A stretch of 64,000 nt of DNA, from contig CBFFRP010000395.1 of assembly GCA_965644295.1 (NCBI GenBank), forward strand, positions 1 to 64,000. Reading direction: 5' to 3'. Of the stretch, positions 36,840 through 50,778 are shown piece after piece (the stretch's first letter is position 1; the number at the start of each line of letters is the position of its first letter). The notes beneath the pieces are model-generated. The model did not search any database, was not told the DNA's origin, and was given only the letters and a program-made list of their open reading frames with translations. The stretch is from Paraphysomonas bandaiensis. Its lineage: Eukaryota; Protista; Chrysophyceae. A program made the position numbers and the translations under genes.

Positions 36840-38018
36840 ATGCCACTACACTCCTTTATATGCATCATACTATGCATGTTATGTAACAATATTACAGCTA
36901 GTCATCTTCCTTCAATTCATTCTACACAATTTTCAAAATTATCATTAAAATATAAGAATCATATCAATACAGGAAGAGATATGACTGCATTGGGTTATAA
37001 GGATAGAGATGTCACTCAGTTCGTTGCAACATCAACTGATGCTGTATCTGGGTATCCTGAGTCTTTGAAATCTTCACTGATTCCTACAGGAAGTGTTACA
37101 CGTGCTCGATTTGCAACAGGAATAGCATTGGCTGCACTTGCTACACTTTTAATATTTTCTGGCAATATGCTGATGTCTTTAGCATTCTTCGCTGTTTCTG
37201 TAATTGGTAATCTTGAATACAGAGATATTATCTCCAGAATCAATATAAATTCCAATATGGAACTGGGTATGTTGTGCTCATTGGTACTCTTTATTAGTGC
37301 TGCTCTTAGTCCTTCAATTCATGATCATATTCTTCCTGTACTGGTCACTGCAACAACGGCTTATTTCTTAACGTTTAAGAACGCACTGACACCCATAAAT
37401 GAAATTGCTGCTACAATGTTAGGAATACTGTATGTTGGGTACCTGCCATCTTACTGGGTTCGAGTTCGTCGTATGGGTGAAATAGATCCTGAATATTATC
37501 CGGCTTTTCTTAAAACCCTGGGCTTGGACAAGGAAGGTGTACTAACCAATGGGGCTATCGTGCTTGCTTGGACCTGGGCAGCGATAGCTCTTGCAGATAC
37601 CGCTGCATATCTGGTGGGTGGTACGTTTGGCAAGCGCAAGCTTTCTTTATACAGCGCTTCCATGGGGTCGGCTTCTCCGAACAAGACCCTGGAAGGGTTA
37701 TTGGGGGGGGTTACTGCCTGCACCGCGTTTTCTCTCTTGGGGGCGTATGTCATGCGTTGGCCATACTGGAAATTATCTGGGTCATCATATGGGATTGTGC
37801 TATCATTGGTGGCATTTATTGGGGACTTGTCTATATCTTTGTTGAAACGGGATGCCGGGGTAAAGGACTCAGGGGCGATATTTCCCGGGCATGGGGGGGT
37901 GTTGGACAGATTAGATTCCTACTTTCTAACTGGGCCTTTGGTGTTTCTGTTCTGGAGAGAATTTCTTCCCCTTTTTGAATCTGTTCGAAAGAAGGAGCCT
38001 ATCAAGTTTAATTTTTGA
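36840..38018 (+). CDS. cdsA: Phosphatidate cytidylyltransferase (CDP-DAG synthase), bacterial/plastid type
   Basis: ADTAAYLVG, SPNKTLEG, GDL..S.LKRDAGVKDSG..FPGHGGVLDRLDS, multiple TM helices; hydrophobic plus S/K-rich N-terminal extension. Confidence 0.92.
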   Translation: MPLHSFICIILCMLCNNITASHLPSIHSTQFSKLSLKYKNHINTGRDMTALGYKDRDVTQFVATSTDAVSGYPESLKSSLIPTGSVTRARFATGIALAALATLLIFSGNMLMSLAFFAVSVIGNLEYRDIISRININSNMELGMLCSLVLFISAALSPSIHDHILPVLVTATTAYFLTFKNALTPINEIAATMLGILYVGYLPSYWVRVRRMGEIDPEYYPAFLKTLGLDKEGVLTNGAIVLAWTWAAIALADTAAYLVGGTFGKRKLSLYSASMGSASPNKTLEGLLGGVTACTAFSLLGAYVMRWPYWKLSGSSYGIVLSLVAFIGDLSISLLKRDAGVKDSGAIFPGHGGVLDRLDSYFLTGPLVFLFWREFLPLFESVRKKEPIKFNF

Positions 38019-38601
38019 ACATCTTAAATTGTTAGAGGTTACTTGTTATATGGGTCGTATGTTTTTAGTACACGTTGGGTGCTGTGCATGAAACTTATAC
38101 AGCGATCACTACAATAATCTGTTTTATTTTGATAACATAAGTATAGCAATAAGATAATCTGTAACTGCTATTTCCTCACGCTTTATTCAATGATTCTGCG
38201 TTGCCTTTTGACTAGCCTCACAAAACCGCAATATTGCTACAGCTGATATACTCGATAATTTTGAATGAATGTGGTGCCAACAAGTTCATAATATACGAAA
38301 ATTATTATGATGCTACTTTAGTTTAAGTGAAATTAAAAACTGGCATATGCTAAGGTAACAAAGTATCCCATTTGGGGCTATATTTAACAATTTGATTGTG
38401 GAAGTGCTTACTGAGACCACAAGTAGCCAAAACAAGGATAGAACACAATCCGCCCCTTCCGTTTCGAAGTTAAGCAAAAAAAAGATGCAAATACACATAT
38501 AATATTCATTAATCTATGGACAGTAGACACACATGCCCTGCAATCAATGACAAAGAAGCCTATTGTGACCGCAAGGACGAATAGTTGTAATTACCTCTAA
38601 A

Positions 38602-41524
38602 CTACGCACCATTCCTTCGTTTCATTAGTTCTTCTTTCGCCTTGTGAAAAGCCATTATATCCTCATTAACATCGTCCTCACCGTCACTGTCATTTATAGC
38701 TTGTGACTTCCCTCGACTAACGACCTTAACTTCTCTATACGACGGTTTAGATCCTGGGGATGGTTCCGGTGTGGCCCATGCACGCTTTACATCTGCCTCC
38801 GCACTAACATGGCCACTCCTGTCTCCCCCATCTCGCTGGGGCTGTCCACCCTGATACAGAGACCGTCTTGGCTGGCTTAACACAGCTCCATCCCGCGAAT
38901 GCAAGTTATTATACCACGTGTCGAATTGGTTTTGCAAAGTTGCGCGACCTTTCTCCAGTATCTACAACTCAATAAGACACAAACACTTTCATCGATATAC
39001 GTTGTACCTTTCGTATGTGCTCGATTTCCGGTTTTAAAACCCGCAGTTTCTCGAAGCTTTCCCTGTACACCGCCTTCTCCTGCTCAATCGCTCGCCTAAA
39101 ACACAAGAGTCATTTAATATATTAGCTGTAAAAGAGCACACCTGTATGTGTTCTCTTCTGCTGACATCTCTTCGCCGTCTTCATCCTTGCCATCAGCTCC
39201 ATCTGTCATTTTCTGAAGAGCACTATACCAAAAATTAACAACTTGACGACGAATCAATTCCACTTACTGTTCTCGTCTTATCGATTCAATTGAGTTTTTG
39301 AGATATGTGATGGTGTTTCTGCGTAAGAAAAGTCACATATTTCCACATTGCATTAATAATATCCACTATCCACCTGCTCTGGTTCGCCCGCTCACCGTGG
39401 GACTGAGCCTCTTTCATTTTTTCCTTGAGTATAGTCTTGTTCTCCTCTATAGAATCCCGTAGCTCACAGTTTGCTCTAAAGTACTCAAAGCATGCAGACA
39501 TGTCGTCAAATATGGCTTTATCCTCTGGTGGGGGAACCCCGTAGAGATGACGCTTGATTATCTTTTCGCTGCGTAGGGCCTCCCGTTCCTCTGCAGTCAT
39601 AATTCCACCACCCCCTCGTCCACGTCCGCCTGCACCTCTTCCACTCCCACTGGAGCTTCCTTTGGCACTCACCTCAGACACCCTATCATCATCGATATAC
39701 CTTCCTTCATCCGCCCTTGCAGCTTTTTCCTCTCCTAACACCATACCACCTCCACTGCTAGCAGCAGATCGCTCCTTTTTAACCATATTTACCAATATTG
39801 CAATCTCATTGTCTCGCTGTAGCAGGCACGACTTTAGGTCCTTTATCTGCTGTAGGAGCTCAGCAGTGTCTCCGGACTGCTCCCTATCCTTTTCAGCAGC
39901 CTCACCAGCGCCATCTCCCCACCCCCCTCCTTTACTACTCTGTCGAGCCTCAAGTACAAGGTTCTTGAAAATCGCAAACGCATCCTTAATCTTCGTTATG
40001 GTGAGCTCCCCGATGTTGAGAATGCACAGTGGGTCCGTATCATCACAGTACTGTCGAATCTTCTCTTTGAGCTCTTCTGCTGCCTGTGGGGTTAGTGCAT
40101 CACCTTCCCCAGCCTCACCCTGCACCACGAAATTACGGTGTATATTCCCTCTAGTTGTATGCATACCTTAAGAAAAGCTATCTCCTCTCTTAGCGTGAGA
40201 ACCTCGTTCTTGAGACGTTTTATTACCAATTCCGGGTCAGAGCCCTCATTGATGGTGGCCTTATTCTTGATGAGGGACACACGCTGGGCGAACCTGCATG
40301 TTGACAATGACTCTTCCGTATGATCCTTCTCAGGGTTTATAGTCGCAATCATGATCGTTTTGCAGTTCCCCCCGAGACTATCTCTATAGGACAAAATAAG
40401 TAACAGAGACGAGAATTAAGACTACTGGCAAACCTAAGCACAGATGTCATCATGGAATTTCTATAAGGGACATGCTGCCTCCCTTTGGTAGCCTTCTCGT
40501 GTAATGCTACAATAACCATCTCTAGAAAGAAGAGAGAAGAGTTAATGTACTTGGCTTCGCTGAGTACGGACCCCGACGAGTTAGTTTTGCCCACTCGCTC
40601 ACTTCCAGCCAGATCAACAAGATGAAGCTTACTGCGACGCACCTTGTCGGAGCTATTGTCACGAACCTCCATTGCTATGGTGAATATGCAGTGGGATCGC
40701 GACGATGCCTGTATGGGAATTACATAGATCATATAAATGACATCAATGTGTGGGCAGTACTCACAAGATTCATTGGCGTCTCGGCAATTGCTCGGTTGGT
40801 GTCTCCCAAAAAAAGAAGGTTAAGGGCCTCTTCCTCTGTGGTCACAGGATTCATAGAAAGGTTCTTAAGATGAAAATTCCCATGTTCGTCCTCCAACATA
40901 GATACTTTCGGCAAATCCTCCAACCCTTTGGTATCATGCGAGGGATCCAAAAGATCATATCCCTGCTCGTTATATAATTCCAAGTACGACACATATCCTT
41001 TGAACTGCACGTCAGTCCGCTTCCTGAATTCACCAAATATCATGCTAATCGCTCGTGGTATGATACCTCTGTCTGTATATCGCTCCGTACCACCAGTAAT
41101 AGTAAATGTCTTACCACTTCCTGTTTAACGGTTACAACAAATCACAATACATACTAAACTATCCCACCTGTTTGACCATATGCAAAGATAGTAGAATTAA
41201 ACCTAATATACATATTAATATATATATCAATTCTATAAATTATAGAATAATATACCCATCTAAAGCATTTTGTACAGCTGCAGTTCCAACTCTTTTAAAT
41301 ACTTCCTCTTGTGTTGCATCCATAGATATAATTCCATTAAAATGATAATGATGTTTTAATTTACTATTATTAATATATTCTGATTTCATATTTTCAGGTA
41401 AATTAATTTGTAATGAATTAGGATCCATATCATCTTGTAGAAAGAAACCACTTGGACGTTTACTTGGACGTATACGTAAATATGTTTGTATATTACCTTC
41501 ATTAGTTTGTTTATTTTTAGACAT
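38602..41524 (-). CDS. KIF6: Kinesin-9 family motor (KIF6-like), multi-exon
   Basis: Spliced GQTGSGKT P-loop, TITGGTERYTDRGIIPR, SYLELYNE.GYDLLD, SSRSHCIFT, LVDLAGSER, HVPYRNSMMTSVLRDSLGGNC, RFAQRV; coiled-coil tail. Confidence 0.9.
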
Positions 41525-41986
41525 TATGAATATATTGAAATAGCTTCAAATGAAGCGATTATAATATCTGAGATATTGTATATATGAACTCTTTAATTTA
41601 ATGAGATATAAGCCATAGTGATATATGTATATATACATACACTCCTGCTCTATAGCATACTCCTGTACATCTAGACATACTGCTATAGAGTACATGTTAC
41701 TGTTTTTTGTTGTGTTGTATATGATAGAAAAACGCCTATAATAAAAAATCCACTTTTTTTTATCAAATATATGATGAAAATTCTAATTACTGCAATGGAC
41801 TGCACATAAGAATCTATAAACCCCAAAGAAGTATGAAAATTCCCTATCAAAATCTTACCCTCTATATAGTCTACATCTATATGATAGGAGTGTGTACGAT
41901 CATATAAAGGATACAACTCCCAGTATATATCTACGTATACTTCTATATGATCCTATCTGCAGCACTACACTGTATATCTATATATA

Positions 41987-44694
41987 ATGTTCGATTCATC
42001 AAAGCGTATATTTTCATATGATATCACTCATATCAAATCCATTCCACTAGACATCATTAACAACATGAATAGATCATATAATCATAATAACTAACAATCT
42101 CTTGTGAATACATACATATCTCACTCATATCTCACTCATATCTCACTCATATCTCACTCATATCTCACATCTTGTTGATATATATACAAACATACACATC
42201 CTTCGAGTTCATTCAACTCTTATATATATACACACAATTCATAGTATTTTATTAATAAAATAATATATAAAAATTACAGATTCATATCATAATACCGAAG
42301 AAAGACAAACTAAAAAACCTCGTCTATCGAGTGAATTAATGGAATGTAATAATATGAGCTCAGGAATGAAATCATATACCAGTCATGGGATTACATATAC
42401 ATCACATGATTTTACACGTCTTATGATGCAATCACTACATAATTTAGGATATAGGTATAATTAAATGATACATTCATGTATATATTTATAATATTTGTGT
42501 GTTTTTTAATAGTGAAACAGCAAAAAAATTAGAAGAAGAATCAGGTGTACAAATACAATCCAGAGCTACAGAGCAGCTATTTTCTGCAATATCAATTGGA
42601 GATTGGGAGTTATGTTGTGATCTATTAAAACACATTGAGTTTTTTGGAAAGTCTCGAGATGATATAGTGGGAATGATATTTGAAGTAAAGTATATGGAAC
42701 TAATTCAGAGAGGGGATGTGGAGGCTGCCCTCAAGTGTTTGCGCACCGAGATACGAGAGAACGTATTGGATATTGCAAGGTACGGTTACTATAAACAACA
42801 TGGCGAAGTATGACATATGTGGATGAAGGATGAAATCCCTGGCGGCCTGTGTGTTATGCCGGTATGGGCACGCCGCTCCTCTTATTGATATCGATTTATC
42901 TCCCCCATTACTTTGCTCCCGTGCCTCCCTCAGTACTGAAGTCCGACGGTGGATATCACCTCAGCAAATGGTCAGTGAGTTTCGCCTTGAAGAACTAGTC
43001 ACGCAAGCATTACGGTGGCAAATGCAACCGGACAAGGAGAGTACGACCCATTACGGCACACCTCGACCGTGCTCTTTGCTTACTGACGTGACATCAGTTG
43101 ATAAGCAGCAGGTAGATGCGCGGCGGCTCTATCCGCATGGAGAACTTGCCATTCTACGCGCTCACACGGATGAAGTGTGGTGTGTTCAGTTTTCTAGATG
43201 TGGCCATTTCATCGCCAGTGCTTCGGTTGATGGTACGGTGCGGGTATGGGCTGCACGAATACCTCCTGAGAATCCTGCAACCCATCCACTGACGATTATT
43301 CAGTGCCCAGGTCAGTCCCCAGGGGCAGGGAAGGCAGTACATATTTCTTGGAACCAATCATCGACGTATCTTCTTTTTTGCTGCGAGAATGATGCTGGTG
43401 TGTATCGGTGGAGTTTAGGTGATGTACTCGCCCCGGATGGAATATCCAGTGCACAGGATGGAGATGGTGAAATCTCTTCGTCAGTCATCCGTAGATACTC
43501 TCATCACGAGTTCCGGGCAGATGAATCTTCGTCCTCAGCAGTAGAAGTCGTTGCCGTTGAGTGGCTGCCGGGACCGGCTTCTGGGGAAAGGGAGTATTTT
43601 GTAAGCCTCTCTGCTAACTTCCTGCTCTTTTTATGCGACCTCGAGGGAGACGTGTTTGCAGTATTTGGCGGACTAGGGCATGCCAGTGCCATGGCTGTGC
43701 TCCCTCAAGCACTTTCTTCAGGGCCTTCTCCCTCACATTCTCGAGATAATCGCAATATAGATGGAAAGGACGGTGTTTTAAGAGGCTGGAAGCCTCACTC
43801 TTCAATCGACGAGTCTGGAACTGTATATTGGTCTTCCGCTACATGCGGGCATGAAACCACTGTGTCTTCGATTGAAGGAGACGGTTCATTTCCCTGCGGA
43901 TGTCGCGCGCTTGTAGCCAAGTCAGAGGTGGTAATACAGCTCTTTGTAGTGACAAAAAGATTAAGCTCGGAAAATTCTGAGAGCACTGCATCTGGTGTCG
44001 GACGAGGATACTCGCCCCCATATCAGTTTACTCATGTCGCTGAGTTAGTGCTCAGCACACCCGTTGTGTCCCTCGGATCAGTATCGGGTTTTCATCTTGC
44101 TCAAGGAGATAACGTTGTGGTAGCTAGTCTGTTCGGGGGTGAAATAGTGACTGTGATCGCGAAGGTATGTGATTGCTGTCCTAATTGCTTTGCAACTCAT
44201 ACCATATGCGGGGACAGAATGACCGCACACTTGAGGAAGGATCGAGTTATTACGGCTTGAAGCAACACCGGTTTGTGGTGAGCCCCTGTATTGGTGGTGT
44301 AGGCAATGGTGCGGATCGTGGCACTGCTCTTATTGCTTCCGGAGGGGAGGATGCTAGTATTCTGTTGTGGGCCGTGGATGATGGTACCAAGCCGACTCGG
44401 TCACTAGAGGGTATTGTTTACATAATTTAATTTTCGCATTCTTAGCGCTTTGTATCTGTAGGACATGCTGGTCCTGTGAACGCCGTGTCGTGGAGTCCGA
44501 TACATCCCGGCTTGCTGGCCTCCGCCTCGGACGACCACACGGTCCGATTGTGGGCCCCCGAAGAGATCTGTGCACAGCTGAGTAGTACTGTTGCCGAGAT
44601 ACAAGAATCGAATGCACAGAGCACCCATATGAATATGTATCACCGTTTGTTTTTTGGATTGTGCAATGATGTATCTGAAGAAACGAAAGTGTAA
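41987..44694 (+). CDS. WDR26: LisH-CTLH-WD40 protein, WDR26/GID7-like (start uncertain; alternative ATG at 42339)
   Basis: [13 protein letters not shown]|[12 protein letters not shown] LisH, I..GDW and [59 protein letters not shown]. Confidence 0.85.
42115..42168. repeat. 11-bp tandem repeat (CATATCTCACT), about 5 copies
   Basis: Directly visible; lies in the putative first intron of the WDR26-like gene. Confidence 0.85.
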
Positions 44695-44929
44695 ATAAAT
44701 TCTAGCGGTTCTTGCTACGAATTGTGTATTCTGTGATATTCTGTTTTATTCTTTTGTTCTACCAGGCATTTCAGTGCGGATGAGAATTAAGATATCACTC
44801 ATCACTTGCACCTGCGTTTTTCGTACAATGTAAAATATTATTTACTCGTTGTATTCAAACATTAAAACCAATTTCAGAGTAAAAAAAATCGCTTCAATAT
44901 ACTAATTTTTTTTTTGCTGGCAATATATT

Positions 44930-45010
44930 GTTATCGGGCCCAGGGCCTGATAACCATTAATGCTAATGCCATTATAATTGCCGGTAACCGGACTACCATT
45001 AATGGTTACC
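44930..45010. mobile_element. hAT/MITE-like terminus with a back-to-back inverted copy
   Basis: GTTATCGGGCC-CAG-GGCCTGATAAC imperfect palindrome followed by GGTAAC/CCATTA motifs as at 30746. Confidence 0.3.
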
Positions 45011-45473
45011 ACGTCAAAGTAAATTGGTAGCACCTTTAAACTTCAAAGTAAATTGAATGGCAATTATAAGTAGAAATTACTGAGTACTGACCACAAACGA
45101 AATTACTATACTATAAAAATGTGATATGATCATATGATCACGCAGTTGATGTCGGAAACAATGATTCGATTTCCTCGTATATCTGAATTATTCAATTTTA
45201 TATTGGTAGCACTTTCAATAGTAACAATACTATGTTATACGTGGCTCACGCTCCGAGAGTAGACAAGGGCAATATCTACGCACGCCTCATAAAAATAACT
45301 ATATCGTCAAAATTACTTCTCGAGGCGTTGCGTCAAACGTCAAACATTTACAATAAAGCTAACTACTGCGCTGGGCATATCGCATCCATGACTCCCTAGG
45401 CCACTGATGATTAATTTTATCAGCACATCACGCACACTATACACTTTTCCCGCATTGGTTACTACTGTCGAGC

Positions 45474-47114
45474 CTACACAGGCGACAGGACCGATGCCCC
45501 ATTTTCTATTTCTTCGTCAGCATCTCCAGACGCCGCATCCGTAGATGACCCTTTATCATCATAGTTATTAGATACAGCCTTACGCACGAGGTGGTCTCCC
45601 TTCTTCATTATCTTCCGAGCTTTGCCGAGACTGGGCGTGGACGGTTCTATAGGCGGGAGGTTCACCTCTCCCTTATGGGCCTGTCCACCTTTGTGAGCAT
45701 ATTCCTGCATGAGATGACGTTCTCTGTTACTCATAATAGCTGACTTAAGGAGATTCTTGCTGGGAACCGGCGAGTCAACCACCTTACGACTAGATTTGCT
45801 CACATCCTCCGCCATGGATGGGACAGTCAATTCAGGAGGCAAGTCTGCAAACTTTTCTCCCACCCAATCCAACTTACATATATCCCGTGCTACAGGTCGT
45901 ACTGCTGGGTCATGTTTCAGAATCGCAATGATGAAGTCATTCAGTGCTTGACTGAAATAAAGTACATTCGGAAGGTTCTTCGTGGTTGCGATAATTTCAC
46001 TCCCGAATTTCTCCTTATCCTGCATTATTTCGTAGTCATAGCAGCCCATCCAGATGTCACAAAATCGCTCGTGTCCCAATACAAGCTCAAGTAGAATACA
46101 TCCTACACTCCATATGTCCACCTTATCACCATGATACGACCCTGCCATTATCATCTCTGGGGCAAAGAATCCTGGAGACCCACAAAAGTCAGAAAGTGTC
46201 ACGTCAGAAACATATCGTGTGCTTAATCCGAAATCACACAACTTAATATCAACGCAGCGTTCGCTTTCGTGGTCAAAGCGCAAGAGTATATTTTCGGGTT
46301 TTAGGTCACGATGGCACACGAAGTTCGTGTGACAGAACAACACCGCTTCTAGGATACCAGTCGTAATCTCAAGAGCCCACGACTCTTTCACTCCCTCAGG
46401 ATGCTCATCAAAAAACTCAAATAAATCCTGACCACCCTTCTCTGTAACTATATACAACTTGGTCTTCGTATGGATAACATCAATAATTCTGACAATGAAT
46501 TTACTGTTCAATTTTTTCAGAATGTCGATTTCATTGGATACTCGACGAAGAGAAGAGAATGAAGTAATACGCTCTTTCTTGATGACTTTAATAGCTAAAT
46601 CCCCAGGAATACTCTTTGTATGACACGTATAAACTGTTGCAAATTGTCCTTCGCCCAACACATCAGTAACAACATAACGTCCCACAGTAGTTGAAGTCTC
46701 AACAAACTCTTTACTTTCTTGTTGTGGTATCATACATAATTCTGGATGATGTGATGAACAATGTGTCCATAATGTTGTAATATGTGCTGATTTTTGATCA
46801 TCATATTTTTGTCGTAATATTAAAAATTCATCATAAAGTGCTTGTTGCTGTTGATGAAATGTTTGTATGGATTCTACAGCCATTTTGGTATTACTTTCCA
46901 TTTCTTTGATATGATTATCTTTTTCTTGTAATAATGTTTGTAGTTTTTGTATTTCTTGTTGTTGATTTACTATATATTTTGTATTATATATAATAATTTC
47001 ACCATCATTTGGTTTACATTCTTCTGTTGTAATCCGTATATTACTATGTATTGATTGTAATGCTTCTGCAACAGCTGTTGCAGTTAAACCTCTAACAATA
47101 ACTTGTTCTTCCAT
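45474..47114 (-). CDS. Ser/Thr protein kinase (CAMK/SNF1-like) with N-terminal coiled coil, single exon
   Basis: GEGQFA, AIK, HRDLKPEN, DFG, FCGSPGFFAPE, DIWSVG. Confidence 0.93.
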   Translation of the reverse strand: MEEQVIVRGLTATAVAEALQSIHSNIRITTEECKPNDGEIIIYNTKYIVNQQQEIQKLQTLLQEKDNHIKEMESNTKMAVESIQTFHQQQQALYDEFLILRQKYDDQKSAHITTLWTHCSSHHPELCMIPQQESKEFVETSTTVGRYVVTDVLGEGQFATVYTCHTKSIPGDLAIKVIKKERITSFSSLRRVSNEIDILKKLNSKFIVRIIDVIHTKTKLYIVTEKGGQDLFEFFDEHPEGVKESWALEITTGILEAVLFCHTNFVCHRDLKPENILLRFDHESERCVDIKLCDFGLSTRYVSDVTLSDFCGSPGFFAPEMIMAGSYHGDKVDIWSVGCILLELVLGHERFCDIWMGCYDYEIMQDKEKFGSEIIATTKNLPNVLYFSQALNDFIIAILKHDPAVRPVARDICKLDWVGEKFADLPPELTVPSMAEDVSKSSRKVVDSPVPSKNLLKSAIMSNRERHLMQEYAHKGGQAHKGEVNLPPIEPSTPSLGKARKIMKKGDHLVRKAVSNNYDDKGSSTDAASGDADEEIENGASVLSPV

Positions 47115-47262
47115 GAGTTATTTATTGAAATGAATAAATATCTGAAGGATTTACTGATGAGAATGTTATGATATGAATTGAGTTCAGTGCATCATAACTA
47201 TACCAGTTATATATGATAGTATCAACTCGTAGAGTTATATATGTATATATATGTATAGAGAG

Positions 47263-47297
47263 ACATACATACATACATACATACATACATACATACA

Positions 47298-47326
<29 letters not shown>
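47263..47326. repeat. (TACA)n microsatellite, about 15 units
   Basis: Directly visible. Confidence 0.95.
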
Positions 47327-47328
<2 letters not shown>

Positions 47329-47871
47329 CTAACATAAGGTTGAAACGTTTTATGGGTGTACATATGACTGACTACATACATACAGATAACCATACTGCAG
47401 ACATGTGTGTATACATACACTGGTGTACATATTCTGTACATAGACATATGGATGGTATGGTATGTGTACGTACTATACTACGTTGTAGGACACCACACAT
47501 TTCACCTAGAATATCACCAGCAGCAGGTATATCCACCTTACACTTTGTATTATATCTTCAATAGATTTTCAGTTTATCAGACATAATATAAAAATTCAAA
47601 ATTAGAAAAAACTGAAAAAATATGAATTTCAAATATGAGTTGACTGCTAGTGTACACTACTATATATCTATATATAGATGTATGTGTATGTATGTCTAGA
47701 TACAGTCAATCTCTATACACTTGAGATCATATATACTCCACATACATATATATATATATATATATCACGACATACACTGCAAGTAGTTCTATTATCAGTA
47801 TTATCTCCATGCAATAACTATCCCTATTAACATATACATATATCTATAGTTTCTCTCTATTAATATTTATA

Positions 47872-50302
47872 ATGGAGTCCATTACTATTGATATGATTGA
47901 AGCGGCTAGATCTCACTCTAGTGTGGGGAAGATGAGTGATATCATGCTTGAGAAATGTAAGTGATACACAACACACATACACACATACACACACATAACA
48001 TACATATATATAACACACATACACGTATATATATGCATATATATAGAACACATATATACATATATATAACATAACACGCATATAACATACATATATAGAG
48101 CACACATACACATATATACATATATTCATAACATATAACATAAAACACACACACATATATACCGTGACATATTTACATACATATAACATAACATATTATA
48201 CACCATATATAAAACTAATACTACCATAAAGCTAATAGTTTAATGTTTTGTTTAATGGATTGTATTCAGGTGTGGCATTGTGTCAGAAATATAACGTTAC
48301 CCCATCAGAGCTCATGAATCAACTAGATGCATTTCTATTTTCAGTTGAGAATGAGACACTTGAGCCGAGCATAGTGGGGAAGTTTGAGCAAGAGATAGAA
48401 AAAAGCAGAAAGGTAATGAAGATGATTAGGTTATGTATTAGTTTGTGGTAACAAGAAATCAGCAAGCTGTTAAGGAGAGGAATGAGGCAAAACTTGTTGA
48501 GAATAGAAAAGTAAAATCGGTATGTTGATGAATATGGTAGTGATTATCTGACTCTTGCAAACAGATTTCACCAGATGTGTCTTTATTGAAGCGATCTGCT
48601 CCATTTTCCACTCCACAGCAATCTAAAGCATTGAAGCAGGACACCCCACTTTCTGCCTCCTCAGATGCGTCCCTTTCTTCACAACTCAGTCAAAATAGTG
48701 GAAATTTCCGGAACCGTACCAACCGTGACCACGTAGTGGTAAAGATGAACGAAAATTTGCCACTCCGTGGCCCACATAACCGTTCTCAGTCGACTCCCTT
48801 CGGTGCCCGTTGCCGCGTGTCTCTTACAGACTCCAAAGAATTTGCCAATGTTCGTGAGCGGTATGGATACATGTACACAACGCTCCAGGAACGTGCGAAT
48901 GAGTTAGATAATCACCTATTACGCCTTCAAGAGGATATGTGCAAGAAAGCAAATCTTGAGATGGCAGACCTAACCGCGGTTGGTATTCCCTCCCCAGATA
49001 CCGTGTGGGTGTGTGGGCGTGTGTGCAACGAGGCCAGTGATGGAAAGATTAATTCAACGTCAGTATTGCTCGAGGGGTCTCGTATGGGTTCAGGTGGTCG
49101 GCGGATACAGTTAGATTTAAAAGAGTTACCACAATTCGCCGTATTTCCTGGTCAGATTTTACTAGTAAATGGCGTAAATTCTAGTGGGCGCAGGATGGTT
49201 GTGAAGCAGATGCTGGAAGGGATACCTCGGCCCCTTCCAACATCTCCACCGGACAGACTTCTGGAGTACCACTACTCCAATCTGTATCAGGGTGGAGAGG
49301 CGATGAGCGTAGTTGTAGCTTCTGGACCTTTTACTACTTCCGACAATCTCGATTACGAGCCTTTCGCAGAACTTCTTACGCTCGTCCTTGAGACCAAGCC
49401 CGATCTTCTCATTCTAACAGGGCCATTTGTGGACAGCTCTCAAGAGTTATTGAAGGATGGTGAGCCAATACTCTACACACGGGATGACATTGGAGAGATA
49501 GAGTATGGATCGGAACATGTGGCCTCATACGAGAATGTCTTTGTCGAAAAGATAATCCGAGACGGCTTGGGCGCTTACTTCAACGCAGAGGATGATCATA
49601 ATGATCTTCCAACCAACATTGTGCTGATTCCCTCGCTTTTGGATGCTCATCACGAGTGTGTTTTTCCCCAACCACCGTTTGGCGACCGAGATCCTGTGCA
49701 AACAACATATTTTGAGGAACAACTTGGTGTGCTCAATGTTCCCTTTTCTTCCTCCAAGGACCCCAGAAAGCGGGTTCATCTTGCTCCGAATCCCTGCATG
49801 TTCACTGTCAATGAAGTTCTTTTTGGAGTCACATCTAATGATGTCCTTATGGCATTGTCGTCAGATGAGGTATCTGCCAACTCAGGACACCGCATGAGAC
49901 GTCTTGCTGGTCATGTACTCCAGCAGCAATCGTTTTATCCTCAATTCCCGGCGCCCGCCGGTTCTCTTGCACAGGTTTGACTCTTGAATTAGCCAATGAT
50001 ATAACTGAGTTCTAATGTAAAATTTGCAGCTGGACTGGAAGCACGCCAAACACTGGCAGATGAATGTTACACCTGATGTGCTCATTATCCCTTCGAAATT
50101 GGCGCCCATGACTTCAGACGTTCTTGGAACCCTGGTGATTAATCCTGGCCAACTCACCAAAGGAACCAATGGTGGAACCTATGCTTCCGTTTCGATCAAC
50201 CCCATTGACAAAAAAACTCTTCAAGAAGCAAAGGAACAGCTTAAAGAAACTTTGCCACATATGGTGCCTAGTAGAAGCAATGTTAGAATTATTAAAATAT
50301 AG
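47872..50302 (+). CDS. POLA2: DNA polymerase alpha subunit B, multi-exon
   Basis: GRVCNE..GKIN..SVLLEG, FPGQI, ASGPFTTSDNLDY, LILTGPFVD, VFPQPPF, NPC, QQSFYP.FP, PDVLIIPSKL, INPGQL; first exon MESITID..LEKC ends at a GTAAGT donor. Confidence 0.93.
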
Positions 50303-50778
50303 GGTGGCTGTGTGTTGTCTTTTTTTGTTTGCCTATGACTCTCCTGCGTGATAATGAAGTATGTAGGTTTCTACCTGGCAAAGAATTCGGGATAATACAG
50401 ATATCACTTCTTTGATTGTGGATGTTCTTGTTTTAATAGTAATAATAATAACAGTATTATGTTCGCTTGTGGTGTTAACAATGCAAAGTATCGACAGTCG
50501 ACAGAGTAATCCGGTTACACATGTTACCCCACATATTAAGGACGTCATATTTGGCATAGTTATTCAATATTGAACACGTACACACGTACTATTTACGCTT
50601 GATAGTTTCTGTTATTTTACAATTTGTGACAGGTGACAGGCTATACGCTACACGAGGGTTTTCACCATTTGTCCGATAATTTATTATAGATTTCAATGTC
50701 CAATTTCTGAGAACTACAGCAAATGAACATGTACCACACAATAACAAATTGTGCATTCATAACAGTGGATTCCTGTAG

